The position numbers were made by a program, and so were the translations under genes. Below are positions 60,481 through 64,000 of a DNA stretch of 64,000 nucleotides, piece after piece (the stretch's first letter is position 1; every line of letters begins with the position of its first letter). The notes beneath the pieces were generated by a model. The model was not told the DNA's origin. It ran no database searches and saw only the letters and a program-made list of their open reading frames with translations. Source of the DNA: Nymphon striatum (taxonomy: Eukaryota); assembly GCA_016618385.1 (NCBI GenBank), contig JABFOP010000807.1, positions 216,216 to 280,215 of the forward strand, in the 5' to 3' direction.

Positions 60481-60857
60481 CTACATGTAATAAAAACAAC
60501 AAGACTAGAATTATATAGTAATTTAATAATGTTAATAATAATATTCTTAACATTTATCTAACTAGGAAGGCTGATGAAAAATGGGCCGAGGATGGTCTTT
60601 CTGCAAATACCGAGGTCTGAGAAAAGCCCCACTTAAGATGGTTTGAATGGGTCTTCCAAAGGTAATTTTCATAGATATTTCTTACGTTATACATCATGGT
60701 TCATTTGGTATGAAAAATCATCTTAAACTGTAAACTGCTACTTTTTTACTTTTTTCAAAGGATTTTAGGACTAAAAAAAACATTTATCTCTTCAGTTTGA
60801 TTACAGAAATAATAAATTATCTTACCAATAAATGACTTAAATGACTAAATGACTTAC

Positions 60858-60956
60858 CAATAACTTCATTTCTCATAGCATCACTTACTCCTATTGGATG
60901 ACTTGCATCTTGGGATATATATTTTGTATAAATACTAATGGCATCTTTTTGTATAC
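60858..60956 (-). CDS. AKAP10: AKAP10 exon, end of the first RGS domain (IQKDAISIYTKYISQDASHPIGVSDAMRNEVI)
   Basis: Matches IEQDAVNTFTKYISPDAAKPIPITEAMRNDII. Acceptor ttattatag, donor g|gtaagt. Confidence 0.8.
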
Positions 60957-61158
60957 CTATAATAAAGATGATAAAAGAATGATAAGCAGGATGTCTGAGT
61001 AACTTTTAATGATACATTTTATTGCCAAAAAACTGTAAAACAAGCAACTATTAAAAGAAAAATAAACTTGTGACGTTTCAACACTAGCTGGCATCACTAT
61101 CAAGCTGTTCTAAATTTCTAGTGATTTTCATTCCTAGAAATGGAATACTGTTGTCTTG

Positions 61159-61560
61159 CTAGAGTTCTATGGTGAATGAAAGACAAGGATGGCATTCATT
61201 GAGTGTATGTAAGAAACTGTTGGCCTTTTCCAGGTTGGGTAAGATGATGAGGGTATTATCCACATAGCATCTATAAAAAGATGGGATTTGGTTATCAGAC
61301 TTCAGTTTGTTTTCAACATGATACACGAATACATTGGCAATAAGTGGACCAAATGGAGATCTCATAGCAAAGCCATCTATTTGTTCGAATAACTTGTTTG
61401 TTGAATTGAAAAAGTTGATTGGTAGTGGCTTTTCTGAGCAATTGCTGAAGTCATCTTTGGATAGTTGCAGATTGTATTTTTTATTAAACCAAGCGTCGCC
61501 AGGGCCTGATTCAGGCCGATTTTGATACCGTTTAAACGGGTTTGGGCGCCCAAACTCCAA
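61159..61560 (-). mobile_element. Penelope-like element (or related) RT fragment
   Basis: Track ORF 61159-61560 (minus): ..GFAMRSPFGPLIANVFVYHVE...RCYVDNTLIILPN matches the G.AMGSPLSP.LAN.FM pattern and the YVDD-box region. Confidence 0.45.
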
Positions 61561-63535
61561 AGTAATTTTTTTTTAATCTGAAAAAAAAAAATTCAAAAAA
61601 AAAATTTCTATGCTAAACAAATTGCTGAGAAATGGTGTTCTGTGAAAGAGAGACGAATCTTCTCCAATTAAGAACAGACTTCAGTCGTGAAATTATGATA
61701 ATGATCATCAGAAATTATGAATAAAGTAAGTAAACATGCAAAACAAAGTCTTCATAAAGCATAAAATGACAATATGGGCGGGCAGGCAGTAAACTGTTTT
61801 ATTCTCATAAAAGTGTAATCTTTTTAGTAATAAAGACATACAAGTTTGAAAATTTTAAAATTATGGCTACATGTGACCTGTGGGTTACCTGTATCAAAAA
61901 ATGTATTTTTATATTATCTTGATATAAAGTTAACATGATCAATCAAAGACGACCTTGCATATTTAAAAAAAATTATAATTGTGATTTGATCATGTTTAAC
62001 TTTTGTCAAGTCCAGAAGAATGTTAGGTTAGTTTTCAGTCTCTGATTGGTGTAACATGTGGTCACTCTAATTGCTTATTACTTTTCCCCATGGTGCTCCA
62101 GAATGGCTTCATTTTATCACACAAAATCTTTTTTTTTTCTCTAAAAAACAGGCATAAGTTCCCTCGGCTGAAGCTTTGCATTTGATTTATCGTCACATGA
62201 TGGTGCCCAAACGTTTTCCCTGGATTTGGCCCTGGTTGCTGAAAGCTATATCCACTAATATTTTGATGGTTTCTTCTATTGGATCATTCGTGAATAAAGA
62301 CTTGACATTATACGAAATCAACACATCTGTGGATTGAATATGGGTGTGAATATGCGTAGCTCTTCGAAGAAGTTGAAAATATCATTGATGCAGAATTCGT
62401 TGACCGATAATGATTTGAGCTTGTCGTCCAACCATTTTGCGAGATTGGTCTCATGGATAATTCATTCTTGTGGGTTCATAACTAGAAAGAAAACGATTGG
62501 CTTTAGTAGAAATTCTGTCATTATTTCAGACATGATTTTTTTTCAAACATATAAACAATCTATTTTTTCGAAAAACAGAACTCAAACAAAATTTAATTGC
62601 ATGTCTCCATCTAACAGAATGTTTAACATAGTCCAGAAAATTACACTTTCTTCAAATATGTTGTCCAATGGATTGACCAACGGTCATGTGTTTGATGTTG
62701 AGGACCTATAATTGAAGTTTGTATTACACGAGACATTTTTTAATAAAATTTTACTTTTACATTTCAGTTGCCTTAGTTATTTTCTAGTAATTTTTAAAAA
62801 AGAGAACCACAAAGTTTCAAGATTGCTGTTTTGTTTTCAGTCTTGGTGGCTTACAACAAAAGAATTAAAAACATAACACACATTGTGCTAAGAATAAATA
62901 TTATATGTATTGCAAGGTTTGCCAAGATGCAAAATTGAAAAATAAATTTGCAATGGCAGGTACTTGTAACAAATGTTAACGTTAGTGTTATATGGGGAGA
63001 TAAACAATCAGAATCGTAGGAAATTATATTATTTTCACTTTGAAAATGCGTCAAAATTTGCATTCTTGATCGTGGCATTGATCAAGCTTTTCAATGAAGA
63101 GTGGTAAATTTATCATCTATTTAATCCAAGTATAGTTTCATTCAAATGGAGGGAATTATATATGTTTGCATAACTTTCAAACACAGCAGCTAGATCTTAC
63201 AGATATGTACACACAGTTGTCTGCATGTTTTATCTGGAAAAAAAAGGATCAAATTTACAATGTCTGCTGTAAAATATTTACATATCAGCAAAGAACTTAT
63301 TTTCAATTAACAGGTTTTGATTGCAAAAAATTCCTGATTTGGTCCTTTAATGAAAGCACTGGTTCAACTATAATCTTCTAAAAATAATATCAATCTACTA
63401 AAAGAGATATTAAAATACATCCTCTACCCATAAAGTTTAAAAAATAAAAGTTAAAAAAATATAGATTGCATTTCCAAAGAAAGACAGATCACAAATAAAG
63501 AAAAGTTATTTCAGAAAAAGAAAAGCAAAGCATAC

Positions 63536-63985
63536 TTTCTCCTAGTTTTTCTGAAAGGTCTATTTCATCTTTGGATGACACCTTGTTGATTATATTTATC
63601 GAAGTCTCTGTTCTATTACAATCATTAGATTTATCAACTATAGATGAGCTTGATGATTGAAAAATATCATTTTTTTTGGATATGTCAGGAACGGCATTTC
63701 CAACACTAGAATCACATATTTTAGATGGATGACACACAGGAACTTCTTTATCATTGTTTAATTTTTTGTGACTAGCTAAAGTCTGAGAACGGCTAACAGT
63801 AGATGCTAGAAAACTTTCAGCATCAAGCCAAAATTTGATGAATCTATCAGCTTTACAAGAGTCTAAATATTGTATGAAGTATGCCAAAGCACTGTGATCA
63901 TTAACTAATTCCTGAATAGATTTTGATAGGCGTGACTTTGTCCGTGAGAGAATGGAAGCAACTTTTTCATTATAGGAAGACATGG
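63536..63985 (-). CDS. AKAP10: AKAP10 large 5' exon, first RGS domain (MSSYNEKV..LSKSIQELVNDHSALAYFIQYLDSCKADRFIKFWLDAESF...KLGE); ATG at 63981-63983 immediately after an acceptor
   Basis: Track ORF 63489-63983 (minus) matches LSKTLEQVLHDTIVLPYFIQFMELRRMEHLVKFWLEAESF. Donor a|gtatgc at 63535. Its splice phase joins the exon at 60858-60956 (..KLGE-S-IQKD). Confidence 0.8.
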
Positions 63986-64000
63986 CTGAAATAAAAGTAA

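Noticed and set aside
62334-62711. 125-aa plus-strand ORF in an AKAP10 intron
   Set aside because: Serine/asparagine-rich, low-complexity, AT-rich sequence with no homology signal. Probably a chance ORF.
1-64000. Prokaryotic-type system (CRISPR array, restriction-modification, toxin-antitoxin, defence operon)
   Set aside because: The window is clearly eukaryotic, with spliced genes (STX1, MVP, AKAP10), GT-AG introns, and LINE, SINE, LTR and MITE content. The regularly spaced repeats are transposon copies, not CRISPR repeats.

Overview
This window is eukaryotic nuclear DNA: AT-rich, with spliced genes and dense transposon content. Its composition and transposon repertoire (RTE/CR1-like LINEs, Penelope-like, BEL/Gypsy-like, mariner, pogo, many MITE and foldback families) suggest an invertebrate, possibly a mollusc or other lophotrochozoan. 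There is no prokaryotic operon, CRISPR array or defence island. Coordinates read directly off the sequence may be off by 1-2 nt; exon boundaries anchored to the six-frame track are marked as such.

Three protein-coding genes are recognisable by their translated exons:
- **Syntaxin-1 (plus strand, 109-5947):** the 3' part of the gene, with two alternative terminal exons that each encode a transmembrane anchor and a stop codon (4210-4299 and 5867-5947).
- **Major vault protein, MVP (plus strand, 27098-37047):** the complete coding region in 13 exons. It includes one GC-AG intron, and its introns carry several transposon insertions.
- **AKAP10 / D-AKAP2 (minus strand, 63985 down to 48943):** both RGS domains and the C-terminal PKA-anchoring helix are present. 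One small internal exon was not located.

A fourth, unidentified minus-strand gene is suggested by five well-spliced exons between 12600 and 20355.

The most notable mobile element is a structurally complete 4.39-kb LTR retrotransposon at 50259-54651. Its two 192-bp LTRs are identical by eye, it has a 4-bp target-site duplication (ACTT), and it sits in the last intron of AKAP10. Its pol ORF is intact (1045 aa) but gag is split across three reading frames, so it may depend on a helper element.

Other mobile-element features:
- A roughly 610-bp tRNA-headed SINE shares its 3' tail with an RTE-like LINE fragment in the window, and is flanked by an unusually long (about 55 bp) direct repeat.
- A decayed fragment of the 3' domain of large-subunit (28S) rRNA lies antisense in a syntaxin intron, with a substitution in the sarcin-ricin loop.
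- At least three families of palindromic foldback elements and several MITE families are present, each in more than one copy, with a few related single copies. One MITE family has CAGGG termini and 5-bp target-site duplications.
- There are also Penelope-like, pogo and mariner remnants, and a roughly 378-bp tandem repeat.
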